From contig CAZCNL010000003.1 of assembly GCA_964500435.1 (NCBI GenBank), positions 40,664-104,663 on the forward strand: a stretch of 64,000 nt of DNA. Direction: 5' to 3'. The translations under genes and the position numbers were made by a program. The notes below the pieces were generated by a model. The model did not search any database. It was not told the DNA's origin and was given only the letters and a program-made list of their open reading frames with translations. The DNA comes from an uncultured Chloroherpeton sp. GTDB taxonomy: Bacteria; Bacteroidota; Ignavibacteria; Kapaibacteriales; UBA2268. Within the stretch, counting starts at the first letter, position 1. Each line of letters opens with the position of its first letter. Shown here in pieces: positions 20,160 to 29,439 of this stretch.

Positions 20160-21854
20160 TTATTTTGTTAAAATTAAATTGAATTCAGTTCCTATATCTG
20201 GAGTGCTTGTGAATTCAATGCTTGCACCAATTGCATCTGCGTTGCTTTTAGCGATAGCAAGCCCGACACCAGTACCTTCAAAAAGTCCAATAGTATCTTT
20301 CGAGCGATAAAATAAATCAAAAATTAAATCCTGGTCTTCTTTTTTTATACCAATTCCATTGTCAATTACGGAAACTATAATTTTGTCTTCATCTTCAGTA
20401 ACTTTTATTGAAATTATGCCATCATCTTTTGTGTATTTAAATGCATTGCTTAAGAATTGATGAATAATTTGCTTAAAAAGATTAAAGTCAGTTTCGTAAA
20501 GAATTATATTGCTTTGATAAAACCTGTTGAGAATTTTATTAGATTTCAATATCGACTCAAAACTTGATAAGACTTCCTCGATATTGGAAATAATATTTTG
20601 AATTGATAATGAAACGGGGTTTAATCCGAATCTTGCTCTATAAATATCTTGTGTGGCTTTTGTAAAATCAGACATATTTAAAGCAGACTTTTCTATTTGA
20701 TCCAAATGCTTGATTATTTCGTTTGTGTTGCCATTTTTTAGGTACATTTTGATTAAGTAAATAGAACTTGTAATGATTGTAAGCGGCGTGTTAATTTCAT
20801 GCGATAGATTATCTAAAATATGACTTTTAAGCTTGGAAAGTTCTCTTTCTCTTTTCAGGTTAAGTGTTAATTGTTCTTTGGCTAAACGGAGCTCTATCTC
20901 AGCATCTTCTCGGGCTTTTTTCTCTAATTTAAAATCTTCTTTTAGTTTCTGATAAGTTTTCGTTTGAGTATCGAGAAGGTTTTTCAGCTCTTCCAACAAT
21001 CGTGAAGAGTTTTCACTTTGTTCTTGATATTTATTAATATCAAAAAGTAATATATTAACTGCCAAATTACCATCCAACCAACGAAATGGTTTATAAATTG
21101 CTTGAAACCATCGATTATATTTTGTTATAAATAATTCTTTAGAATAAAATTTATTTGAATCTACATCGAAAGACATATAAGGTATATCTTCTTCTTCATA
21201 TTTTAAAAGATTTAAATCATCATTTTCGAATATTTCGTTATAATATTTATTTTCGACATCACCATTTACAAAATTGAAATATTCATTACTATATAAAAAT
21301 TTCTTTGTATCCCAATCAATTGTAAAAATCATACAATTCAAGGAATTGAGTAATTTTTCTGTAATATTAATTTTTTCTAAAGAAAGTTGATTAATAGTTT
21401 CATTTTCTGTGATATCAATTATTGTTACTAGAATACCAGAAATAGTGCCGTGATTGTTAATATGAGGAATGAAAATTTTTTGGAAATAATACTTTTTATT
21501 ATTGATTACGTTTGTTTCGAAAACATTCACAACTTCACCAAGAAGAGCTTTATTAATATTTTCTTTTTTGTATTCGATCTTCTCGTTTTCAAATAAATTT
21601 TTAAGATTTTCCCCCCTTTTTGGGAAAACTTTATAAATCAAAGTAGAAAAATCGTTAAATAAAGCATTGTAATAGATTATATTAAAATCTGTATCTAAAT
21701 AAATTACGGGATATGGAAAATAATCAAAAATTAGTGAAAACGAAGAAATATAAGTCTCTTCGTCTCTTTGGGACTCATTGTTTAGTTTTTCTTCTAAATA
21801 AATTAATTTATTTATTAATTCTTCTTTAGTTAAATTTGAATATTTCTTTTCCAT
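20160..21854 (-). CDS. Sensor histidine kinase with PAS-like domains
   Basis: H-box SHEINTPL, a HATPase_c region (G-rich GTGVGLAIAK) and an upstream coiled coil with PAS-like repeats. No transmembrane segments are obvious, so it is probably cytoplasmic. Confidence 0.75.
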   Translation of the reverse strand: MEKKYSNLTKEELINKLIYLEEKLNNESQRDEETYISSFSLIFDYFPYPVIYLDTDFNIIYYNALFNDFSTLIYKVFPKRGENLKNLFENEKIEYKKENINKALLGEVVNVFETNVINNKKYYFQKIFIPHINNHGTISGILVTIIDITENETINQLSLEKINITEKLLNSLNCMIFTIDWDTKKFLYSNEYFNFVNGDVENKYYNEIFENDDLNLLKYEEEDIPYMSFDVDSNKFYSKELFITKYNRWFQAIYKPFRWLDGNLAVNILLFDINKYQEQSENSSRLLEELKNLLDTQTKTYQKLKEDFKLEKKAREDAEIELRLAKEQLTLNLKRERELSKLKSHILDNLSHEINTPLTIITSSIYLIKMYLKNGNTNEIIKHLDQIEKSALNMSDFTKATQDIYRARFGLNPVSLSIQNIISNIEEVLSSFESILKSNKILNRFYQSNIILYETDFNLFKQIIHQFLSNAFKYTKDDGIISIKVTEDEDKIIVSVIDNGIGIKKEDQDLIFDLFYRSKDTIGLFEGTGVGLAIAKSNADAIGASIEFTSTPDIGTEFNLILTK

Positions 21855-21935
21855 ACTAAGATAATTTGACGAAAATTACAAAAAAAAAATAAATTATACA
21901 TTAAAATTTTTAATTGATAAATAAAAAATTGGAAT

Positions 21936-22466
21936 ATGAGATTATTTATAGGCACTTTTTTGAATTCGAGTTATATTATCGGCAATTACACAAATTTATT
22001 TAACAAATTGACGAAATATATTGATGGGAAATGGGTAGAACCACATAATTTACATTTTACCTACAATTTCCTTGGCGAAGTAGAAGACGAAATGGCAGAA
22101 GAATTAATTGCTGAACTTAATCCATTATTAAAAGAATATAAAGATAAACTCGAAATTAAAGGAATTACTGGTTTCCCAAATGTATGGAAACCCAAGCAAT
22201 TAGTATGTAAAATTTTAAACGAATCACACCAAATATTTGAATTGCAAAAAGAGCTAACTCAAATATTGAAAAAATTGCATTTCAAGACAGACGAGAGACC
22301 ATATACTCCACATTTGACTCTTGTTCGTGTGAAAAACCTCCACCCTGAATACTCACAGTTTATCAAACAATATTTTAATTTTTCAATCGGTGAGGTTGAA
22401 AGCTATAAAATCGAGCTAATTAAAAGCGAGCTTACAAGAAGCGGTCCTGTTTATTCAAAAATGTAA
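21936..22466 (+). CDS. thpR: RNA 2',3'-cyclic phosphodiesterase (2H phosphoesterase, LigT/ThpR family)
   Basis: Two H-x-T/S-x motifs (HFTYNF and HLTLVR) and ~175 aa length. Begins MRLFIG, as is typical. Confidence 0.75.
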   Translation: MRLFIGTFLNSSYIIGNYTNLFNKLTKYIDGKWVEPHNLHFTYNFLGEVEDEMAEELIAELNPLLKEYKDKLEIKGITGFPNVWKPKQLVCKILNESHQIFELQKELTQILKKLHFKTDERPYTPHLTLVRVKNLHPEYSQFIKQYFNFSIGEVESYKIELIKSELTRSGPVYSKM

Positions 22467-22540
22467 AAATTATTATTAATTTTGTATTCTTTAATTTATT
22501 AGGGTAACCTAAAATGTTTATATAAGGATTTTAATATCTT

Positions 22541-23869
22541 ATGGAAAATAATAAAAAAGTATATATAGAAACCTATGGCTGCCAAATGAATTTTTATGAT
22601 ACTGAAATACTCAGTGGAATTCTAAAAAATACTGGCAGATATGAAATAATCACAGAACCAGAAGGAGCAGATTTTATTTTGCTTAATACTTGTAGCGTAA
22701 GAGATAATGCTGAAAAGACTATTTATAACCGATTAATGCATTTAAAAGCAAATAAAAAAGCAAATAAAAATTTAATTGTTGGTCTCGCAGGTTGTATGGC
22801 TGAAAGATTAAGAAAAGATATTTTTAATAAATCTGATTTAGTCAAGGTTGTTATTGGACCTGATGAATACCGACGTGCACCTGAAATATTAGACAATTCA
22901 CTTGCTGGAGAAATTGGGGTAGCCGTACGTTTAAGTCGAGTGGAGACTTATGAAGATATCGAACCACTTCGCACAAAAGGATTGAGTGCTTGGTTGGCAA
23001 TTATGCGGGGTTGTAACCATTTCTGTACTTATTGTGTTGTCCCTTATACAAGAGGTCGAGAAAGGTCAAGGACAGTTTCTACAATTATTGAAGAAATGAA
23101 AAGTTTAACTGATGGTGGATTTATGGAAGTAACCTTGTTAGGTCAAAATGTGAATAGTTATTTTGATTCAAGTTCGAATAAAAATTTCCCAAACTTACTT
23201 CGAACACTTGCCAAGGAATTTCCGAAAATGCGGATTAGATTTGTTACTTCGCATCCATTAGATATGAGCGATGACTTGATTTATGCTTTAAGTGAATTTG
23301 ATAATTTATGCAATTATATTCATCTACCATTCCAATCTGGTTCGAATCAAATACTTGAAAAGATGCAAAGAGGTTATACGGTTGAGCATTATTTAAATAG
23401 AATTGAAAAAATAAAAGCAAATTTAACAGATTATGCACTTTCAACTGATATTATTGCAGGTTTCCCAACTGAAACTTTAGAAGACCACCAATCAACTTTG
23501 GAGTTAATGAATGAAGTAAAATTCGATGGTGCTTTTATGTTTAAGTATTCGCCACGAGAAGGCACAAAAGCATTTAAGATGGAAGATGACATTCCCGAAG
23601 AAGAGAAACTTAGACGATTAAATGAAATTATTGAATTGCAAAATAAACACTCGAAAGAATTAAATGAAAAAGAAATTGGTAAAACCTTTGAAGTTCTTGC
23701 CGAAGGTCCATCCAAAAAGAGAAAAAGTGAATGGATGGGAAGAACTAAGCACAATAAAGTTGTAATTTTTGATAATACTGACGAGAATATTCTTTACGGT
23801 GATTTAATACAAGTTAAAATCAAAAAAGCAAATTCCGCAACTTTGTTTGGAGAAGTTGAAAGAATATAG
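22541..23869 (+). CDS. miaB: tRNA-2-methylthio-N6-dimethylallyladenosine synthase
   Basis: N-terminal MTTase domain with CQMN, the radical-SAM CNHFCTYCVVP motif, and a C-terminal TRAM domain. Confidence 0.9.
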   Translation: MENNKKVYIETYGCQMNFYDTEILSGILKNTGRYEIITEPEGADFILLNTCSVRDNAEKTIYNRLMHLKANKKANKNLIVGLAGCMAERLRKDIFNKSDLVKVVIGPDEYRRAPEILDNSLAGEIGVAVRLSRVETYEDIEPLRTKGLSAWLAIMRGCNHFCTYCVVPYTRGRERSRTVSTIIEEMKSLTDGGFMEVTLLGQNVNSYFDSSSNKNFPNLLRTLAKEFPKMRIRFVTSHPLDMSDDLIYALSEFDNLCNYIHLPFQSGSNQILEKMQRGYTVEHYLNRIEKIKANLTDYALSTDIIAGFPTETLEDHQSTLELMNEVKFDGAFMFKYSPREGTKAFKMEDDIPEEEKLRRLNEIIELQNKHSKELNEKEIGKTFEVLAEGPSKKRKSEWMGRTKHNKVVIFDNTDENILYGDLIQVKIKKANSATLFGEVERI

Positions 23870-23895
23870 TTCAAATTTAAATTATTTTTCCAAAA

Positions 23896-24246
23896 TTATT
23901 CATTATACTCAGGATGATTTTTTCTATTAGCTCGATTTGCAGAATCAAATTTGTGCTTGTATTCTATTGTAATGGAATTTCTCATTGAATCGATAATTTT
24001 TAAAAATCCATTTTCATTTTTTGCGAGATAATAAAATTCTCTTTTAAAACTTTCTTCATCATAATTATTTTGTTTTAAGATTTCAAGAACTCTCTTGTTT
24101 GCTTCTAAACTATCAATTGTTTTGGTGCGGGTTATTAAAATTTGCCGATAAATTTGTAGGAATTTATCTTTATTAACTTCATCACTACAAGCAACAAAAA
24201 ATACAACTAATGTTGAAACAATAATCAAAATTAAATTCTTAAACAT
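23896..24246 (-). CDS. Small probable lipoprotein (hypothetical)
   Basis: The listed ORF begins at 24369, but the plausible start is the internal Met MFKNLILIIVSTLVVFFVAC, which gives a signal peptide plus a lipobox-like Cys. The upstream extension is low-complexity and overlaps the glgP start region. Confidence 0.5.
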   Translation of the reverse strand: MFKNLILIIVSTLVVFFVACSDEVNKDKFLQIYRQILITRTKTIDSLEANKRVLEILKQNNYDEESFKREFYYLAKNENGFLKIIDSMRNSITIEYKHKFDSANRANRKNHPEYNE

Positions 24247-24354
24247 AATGGTAAATCGTTTTCTCGATAAATAAATATTAATCAAAATTAAGTAAAATAA
24301 AGAGAATATTTTTATAAATTTTATTAATTTACAAAAAAATGAGATTGAAAAAAT

Positions 24355-26910
24355 ATGAAACCAATGCATAGTTTTGTAGTAAAAGCAAAATTACCTGAAA
24401 GTATAGAAAAAATTAAAGATATTGCCTATAATTATTGGTGGTGTTGGGACAGCGAAGCAAAAGAATTATTCAATAGGATGAGTCGTAAAATATGGAATGA
24501 AGTGCACCATAATCCAATTGCATTAATTAACAGATTGCCGCAGCAAGAGTTGGAGGATTTATCGAATCAATATGATTTTACTAATTTTTTGAATAAAGTT
24601 CATAGTAAATTCGAAAAATATATCAAAGCGAAAACTTGGTTTCAAGAACAGCAAATTACTTCAAAAGGCGTTATTGCTTACTTTAGTCCTGAATATGGAA
24701 TCAATGAAAGTTTTCCTGTATATTCTGGTGGTTTAGGAGTACTTTCTGGGGACCATTTGAAGTCTTCAAGTGACTTGGGCTTACCTTTAATTGGTGTTGG
24801 ACTTTTATATCAACAAGGTTATTTTCGTCAAAGATTAAGTCAAAATGGTTGGCAAAATGAACTTTACCCAATCAACGATTTTTATTCAATGCCGATGTTT
24901 ATAGTAAGAGATGAAAGCGGCAATCGCAAGATAATAGATGTTGATTTGCCCAATGGTAAAGTATATGCACAAATTTGGAAAATATTAGTTGGGCGTACTT
25001 TTTTATATCTTTTAGATACAAATATTGATGAAAATACAAATTTAGAATATAAAAATATAACCGACCAACTCTATGGAGGCGATAGAGATACAAGAATCCA
25101 GCAAGAAATATTACTTGGTATTGGTGGTATTCGTGCATTAAATGTTATGGGTATTGAACCTTCGGTCATACATATTAATGAAGGACACGCCGCTTTTGCA
25201 TTACTCGAGCAAACTCGCAACTATATGCTTCGTTATAATATTGATTTCCATTCTGCAATGCATATTACTCGAAGTAGCTCGATTTTTACTACACATACAC
25301 CTGTGCCTGCTGGTAATGAAGCATTTTCATTGGATAGAATGGAAACCTATTTCCGTAATTATGTTCCAAGTTTGGGCTTGGAATACGAAGAATTTATAGC
25401 TATGGGACAAACTTCTGGTATAAATTATAACGAAGCATTTTCTATGACAATATTAGGACTGAGGCTGACAGGTTATCATAATGGGGTTAGCAAATTGCAC
25501 GGCAAAGTTTCCCAGAAAATGTGGAATAATATTTGGAAATGCTTGCCGTGGGAGGAAGTGCCAATTGATGGTTTAACGAATGGGATTCATACACATACTT
25601 GGCTTGCTCGTGAATTTGCAGAATTATATGAAAGATATTTACAACCAAGTTGGGAAATAGATATTGACAATAAAGAAATATGGAAAGATATTGACGATAT
25701 TCCAAGTGAAGAACTTTGGCGTGAAAAACAGCGTCGAAGAATTCGATTAGTTCTTTTCGCAAGAGATTATTTGAAAAGCAAACAGAAAGATTTTCTCAGA
25801 CCAGACCAATTAAATAAAATTAACGAATATTTAGACCCAGATGCATTGACAATAGGATTTGCTCGCCGTTTTGCAACTTATAAACGACCTTATTTGATTT
25901 TCAGCGATATGAAGCGTTTGAAAAACTTACTGACAAATAAAGAAAGACCTGTTCAAATTATTATGGCAGGTAAGGCTCATCCACACGATACTGAAGGCAA
26001 ACAAATGATTCAAATGATAATACAAAAAGTCCGTGATTTCGGATTAGAAAAGCACGTTGTATTTTTGGAAGATTACGATATGGTTATTGCACGGTTAATG
26101 GTAAAAGGTTGTGATGTATGGTTGAATAATCCTATTCGTCCGCTTGAAGCAAGTGGAACGAGTGGTATGAAGGCGGCGATAAATGGTACATTAAATTGCA
26201 GCATCTTAGATGGTTGGTGGGACGAAGCCTACGATGGAACTAATGGTTTTGCAATTGGTCAAGGTGAAGAACGGGAAAATAACGCCGAAATTAATCAACT
26301 CGAATCTGAAATGCTTTTAGATTTATTGGAAAACGAAGTAGTACCAACATTTTACGACCGTGGACAATCACGAACTCCACATCGTTGGGTCGAAATGATG
26401 AAAAATTCCATTAAAACTATTACTCCTAACTTTTCAACAAATAGAATGGTAAAAGAATATGCAATTAATTATTACTTTAAAGCTCTGGAAAAAAATCAAT
26501 TGTTGTTAAAGAATAATGCTCAACTTGTTGTTGAATTTGAAAATTGGCGAAAGAAAATTTACAGCAACTGGGACAAAATACAAATACAAGATATCGAAAT
26601 GAAAAATGACCACGTCGCTTGGTTGGGCAAACCAATAGAAGTGTCAGTAAAAGTTAATTTAGCCCAGCTTTCACCCGAAGATATCGTTGTTCAAGTCTAT
26701 TATGGAACTGTAGATGCTCATTCTGGTGAAATAGTAGATACAAATTATGCAAATCTTAAATTAATTCGAAAAGAAGGTGATAGTTATATTTATGATGGGA
26801 CTTACATTTGTAATGCAACGGGAAAACAAGGATTTACAATTCGAGTTTTACCATCTCATCCATTAATGATTAAGCATTCTGATTTATATGTTTGCAAGTG
26901 GCCTCAATAG
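24355..26910 (+). CDS. glgP: Alpha-glucan phosphorylase (GT35), glgP-type with N-terminal DUF3417-like domain
   Basis: 851 aa. GT35 motifs include EASGTSGMKAAINGTLN (pyridoxal-phosphate Lys region) and LDGWWDE. Confidence 0.85.
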   Translation: MKPMHSFVVKAKLPESIEKIKDIAYNYWWCWDSEAKELFNRMSRKIWNEVHHNPIALINRLPQQELEDLSNQYDFTNFLNKVHSKFEKYIKAKTWFQEQQITSKGVIAYFSPEYGINESFPVYSGGLGVLSGDHLKSSSDLGLPLIGVGLLYQQGYFRQRLSQNGWQNELYPINDFYSMPMFIVRDESGNRKIIDVDLPNGKVYAQIWKILVGRTFLYLLDTNIDENTNLEYKNITDQLYGGDRDTRIQQEILLGIGGIRALNVMGIEPSVIHINEGHAAFALLEQTRNYMLRYNIDFHSAMHITRSSSIFTTHTPVPAGNEAFSLDRMETYFRNYVPSLGLEYEEFIAMGQTSGINYNEAFSMTILGLRLTGYHNGVSKLHGKVSQKMWNNIWKCLPWEEVPIDGLTNGIHTHTWLAREFAELYERYLQPSWEIDIDNKEIWKDIDDIPSEELWREKQRRRIRLVLFARDYLKSKQKDFLRPDQLNKINEYLDPDALTIGFARRFATYKRPYLIFSDMKRLKNLLTNKERPVQIIMAGKAHPHDTEGKQMIQMIIQKVRDFGLEKHVVFLEDYDMVIARLMVKGCDVWLNNPIRPLEASGTSGMKAAINGTLNCSILDGWWDEAYDGTNGFAIGQGEERENNAEINQLESEMLLDLLENEVVPTFYDRGQSRTPHRWVEMMKNSIKTITPNFSTNRMVKEYAINYYFKALEKNQLLLKNNAQLVVEFENWRKKIYSNWDKIQIQDIEMKNDHVAWLGKPIEVSVKVNLAQLSPEDIVVQVYYGTVDAHSGEIVDTNYANLKLIRKEGDSYIYDGTYICNATGKQGFTIRVLPSHPLMIKHSDLYVCKWPQ

Positions 26911-26955
26911 TTTAACGAAAATTTATTAAATTTCAATAGCTTTGCAAATTTAAAA

Positions 26956-26994
26956 AAGGTTCTGAAAAATTAATTTTCTCAGAACCTTTTGTTT
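26956..26994. terminator. Bidirectional intrinsic terminator between convergent glgP and lpxD
   Basis: Perfect 10-bp stem AAGGTTCTGA/TCAGAACCTT, flanked by A-run and T-run. Confidence 0.7.
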
Positions 26995-27015
26995 AATTAA
27001 TTTATCAAAATGTTG

Positions 27016-28056
27016 CTATTGATTTTTAGCGTCATCAATCGTTTTCATGATTTTATTTATTTTTTTATAAAGCTCAGGCAAGGAATTTAAAACAGCTTCA
27101 ATTTTGAAAGCAAGTGACTTTTCACGAACAGGTGAACCATAGTAGATGCCGCTTTGGGGAATAGATTTTGGAACACCGGATTGAGCATAAATGATTACAT
27201 CATCGGCAATGTTAAGATGACCTGCGACGCCTACTTGTCCTCCAAGTTTATTACGTTTGCCAATTTTAGCACTGCCCGAAATTCCTGTTTGAGCAGCCAT
27301 TCCAGTATTTTCACCAACTTCTACGTTATGACCAATTTGGATTAAATTATCTAATTTGACACCATCGTTAATATATGTGGAACCAACAAAAGCTCGGTCT
27401 ATTGTTGTGTTTGCACCAATTTCGACATTATTTCCAATTACTACATTACCAATTTGAGGAATTTTTGTGTAGGAACCATCAGGATTATCGATATATCCAA
27501 AGCCATCGGACCCGATTACTGCACCAGAATGAATGATGCAATTATTTCCAATTACACAATCTTTGTAGATAGTTACATTAGAGTGAAGAATAGTATTTTT
27601 GCCGATTTGTACGTTCTTATGGATTGAACAATTTGATTTAATAATTACATTGTCTTCGACGGTAACACCATTTGCAATAAAACAATTCGGACCAATGTAA
27701 GAATTTTGAGAAATTTTTGCACCATTTTCAATTACCGCAGTTGGATGAATTCCATATGAATACTCTTCTTTTTCCGCAAAATGAAAAACTAATTTTAAGA
27801 ATGCCACATAAGGATTTTCTACAAGAATAAAGACTTGGTTTGCCTTTGGTTGATAACTTGATTTTTCGGGAATTAAAACACAAGTTGCTTCAGTGGATTG
27901 AAGATATTTTTCATATTTTTCATTTGCTAAAAAAGTAACATCGCCTTGCTTGGAATGTTCTATACGATTTAATCTTTTAAGTTTTGCATTTGTTGTTCCA
28001 ACAATATTATTAGATTCTAAAAAATCTGACAATTCCTTAATATCCAATTCAAACAT
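27016..28056 (-). CDS. lpxD: UDP-3-O-acylglucosamine N-acyltransferase
   Basis: N-terminal LpxD domain followed by extensive left-handed beta-helix hexapeptide repeats. Its position downstream of skp is conserved synteny. Confidence 0.85.
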   Translation of the reverse strand: MFELDIKELSDFLESNNIVGTTNAKLKRLNRIEHSKQGDVTFLANEKYEKYLQSTEATCVLIPEKSSYQPKANQVFILVENPYVAFLKLVFHFAEKEEYSYGIHPTAVIENGAKISQNSYIGPNCFIANGVTVEDNVIIKSNCSIHKNVQIGKNTILHSNVTIYKDCVIGNNCIIHSGAVIGSDGFGYIDNPDGSYTKIPQIGNVVIGNNVEIGANTTIDRAFVGSTYINDGVKLDNLIQIGHNVEVGENTGMAAQTGISGSAKIGKRNKLGGQVGVAGHLNIADDVIIYAQSGVPKSIPQSGIYYGSPVREKSLAFKIEAVLNSLPELYKKINKIMKTIDDAKNQ

Positions 28057-28059
28057 ATA

Positions 28060-28782
28060 TTACCTTTTAATAGGGTTAAGCTCATTATTTGGTGGTGTTG
28101 ATTTCAAAGAATCTGGGTTATTTGGATTCTGTTGTTCTGGGTTCTCGAACTGCCTATCGTCGGGTGTGTCAGTTTTTGTTCGAGATACTCTTTTGGGCTT
28201 AACAGATTGTTTTTGTTGATTAGCTGGGTCTTTTTGAATTTTTTCTTGTAATTCTTTTTCTAATTGCTCAACATCGACACCCAATTCTTTCAGCACTTCT
28301 ATTGTTAAATCATATTTGAAATTGACATAAGCAAGAGGTTGAACACTTTGGTCAAATACAATATCGAAATTTCGTGAATTTGCTACCTTTTGTACGGCTG
28401 CAGAAATTTTTTGGTCAATTGGTGTCATAATTTGTTTAACAACTTGGTCATATTCACCATTTGGTGAAAATTTCGAACGTGCATAGCCTTCGCTTTGTTC
28501 TTTTAATTCACGTAATTCTTTTTCTTTTTGAGATTTTTCTTCGTCTGTCCAAATTAGCCGATTTTTATTAATTTCAAATTCAAGATTATCAATATTTTTT
28601 TGAATTACAGACAACTCTCTTTTCCATTCTTCAACGAATGAACGAATTCGTTGTTCAGCTTGTTGAGCATCAGGTAATTTTGTGCGAATCATTTGCGAGT
28701 TGATAAAAGCAACTCTTTGTGCAAATGTTGTAAAAGGGACAATTCCTATACTTAATAGTACTAATAAAAGTAGTTTTTTCAT
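28060..28782 (-). CDS. skp: OmpH/Skp-family periplasmic chaperone (first copy)
   Basis: Signal peptide with Q at +1 and a coiled-coil-rich ~200 aa body with a Pro/Asn-rich tail. Located between bamA and lpxD. Confidence 0.7.
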   Translation of the reverse strand: MKKLLLLVLLSIGIVPFTTFAQRVAFINSQMIRTKLPDAQQAEQRIRSFVEEWKRELSVIQKNIDNLEFEINKNRLIWTDEEKSQKEKELRELKEQSEGYARSKFSPNGEYDQVVKQIMTPIDQKISAAVQKVANSRNFDIVFDQSVQPLAYVNFKYDLTIEVLKELGVDVEQLEKELQEKIQKDPANQQKQSVKPKRVSRTKTDTPDDRQFENPEQQNPNNPDSLKSTPPNNELNPIKR

Positions 28783-28824
28783 AAATTTTAATATAAATTA
28801 ATAAAATCGACTAATTTCTAAAAA

Positions 28825-29382
28825 TCAATTATTACCTCTTTTTATAACATCTAATACTTTATATGTTAAATCAAATTTATCATCAAAATATAAAAGTGCA
28901 TTACTTGTTTTGTCTAAGACTAATGAAATAGATTCTTCTTTTGCAACTTTTTGGATGGCAGTTCTAACTTTCTCTCTAATTGGGTCTAAAAATTTTTCTC
29001 TTGTTTGATTGAGTTCACCATTTTGTCCGAATTTTTGGTCTTGGTATTGGATTAATTGGTTTTGCATCATTTGTAAGGATTCTTCTTCTTTTGATTGTTG
29101 GTCAGCGGACATTAAAGATTTTTGTTTTTGATATTTTTGAATTTTGTCATCAAATTCTTTTTTCATTGCAATAAGTGAGTCCTGCCATTTTGTTCCTATT
29201 TCTTTTAATTTTTTATCAGCTGCAACAGCTTCAGGCATTTCTTTTAAAATAATTTCAATATCGACAATTCCAAATTTCAAAGTTGGAGTGTTAGAAGATT
29301 TACCTTGTGCTAAAGCAGCATTGAAAGAAAAGCTGAAAGCAAGTACAAAAATTGTTATTAATGAGATGATTGTGTATTTCAT
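28825..29382 (-). CDS. skp: OmpH/Skp-family periplasmic chaperone (second copy)
   Basis: Signal peptide with Q at +1 and a coiled-coil body. Tandem with the first skp-like gene. Confidence 0.7.
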   Translation of the reverse strand: MKYTIISLITIFVLAFSFSFNAALAQGKSSNTPTLKFGIVDIEIILKEMPEAVAADKKLKEIGTKWQDSLIAMKKEFDDKIQKYQKQKSLMSADQQSKEEESLQMMQNQLIQYQDQKFGQNGELNQTREKFLDPIREKVRTAIQKVAKEESISLVLDKTSNALLYFDDKFDLTYKVLDVIKRGNN

Positions 29383-29439
29383 AGTTTTTCCTTATTTATT
29401 AATAATAATTCTTTTTTTTCTTAATTTTTTATTATATTC

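Noticed and set aside
23896-24369. The full 157-aa ORF as listed for the small minus-strand gene.
   Set aside because: The first 41 codons are low-complexity and overlap the glgP start. An internal Met gives a clean signal peptide plus Cys, so the gene was shortened to 23896..24246.
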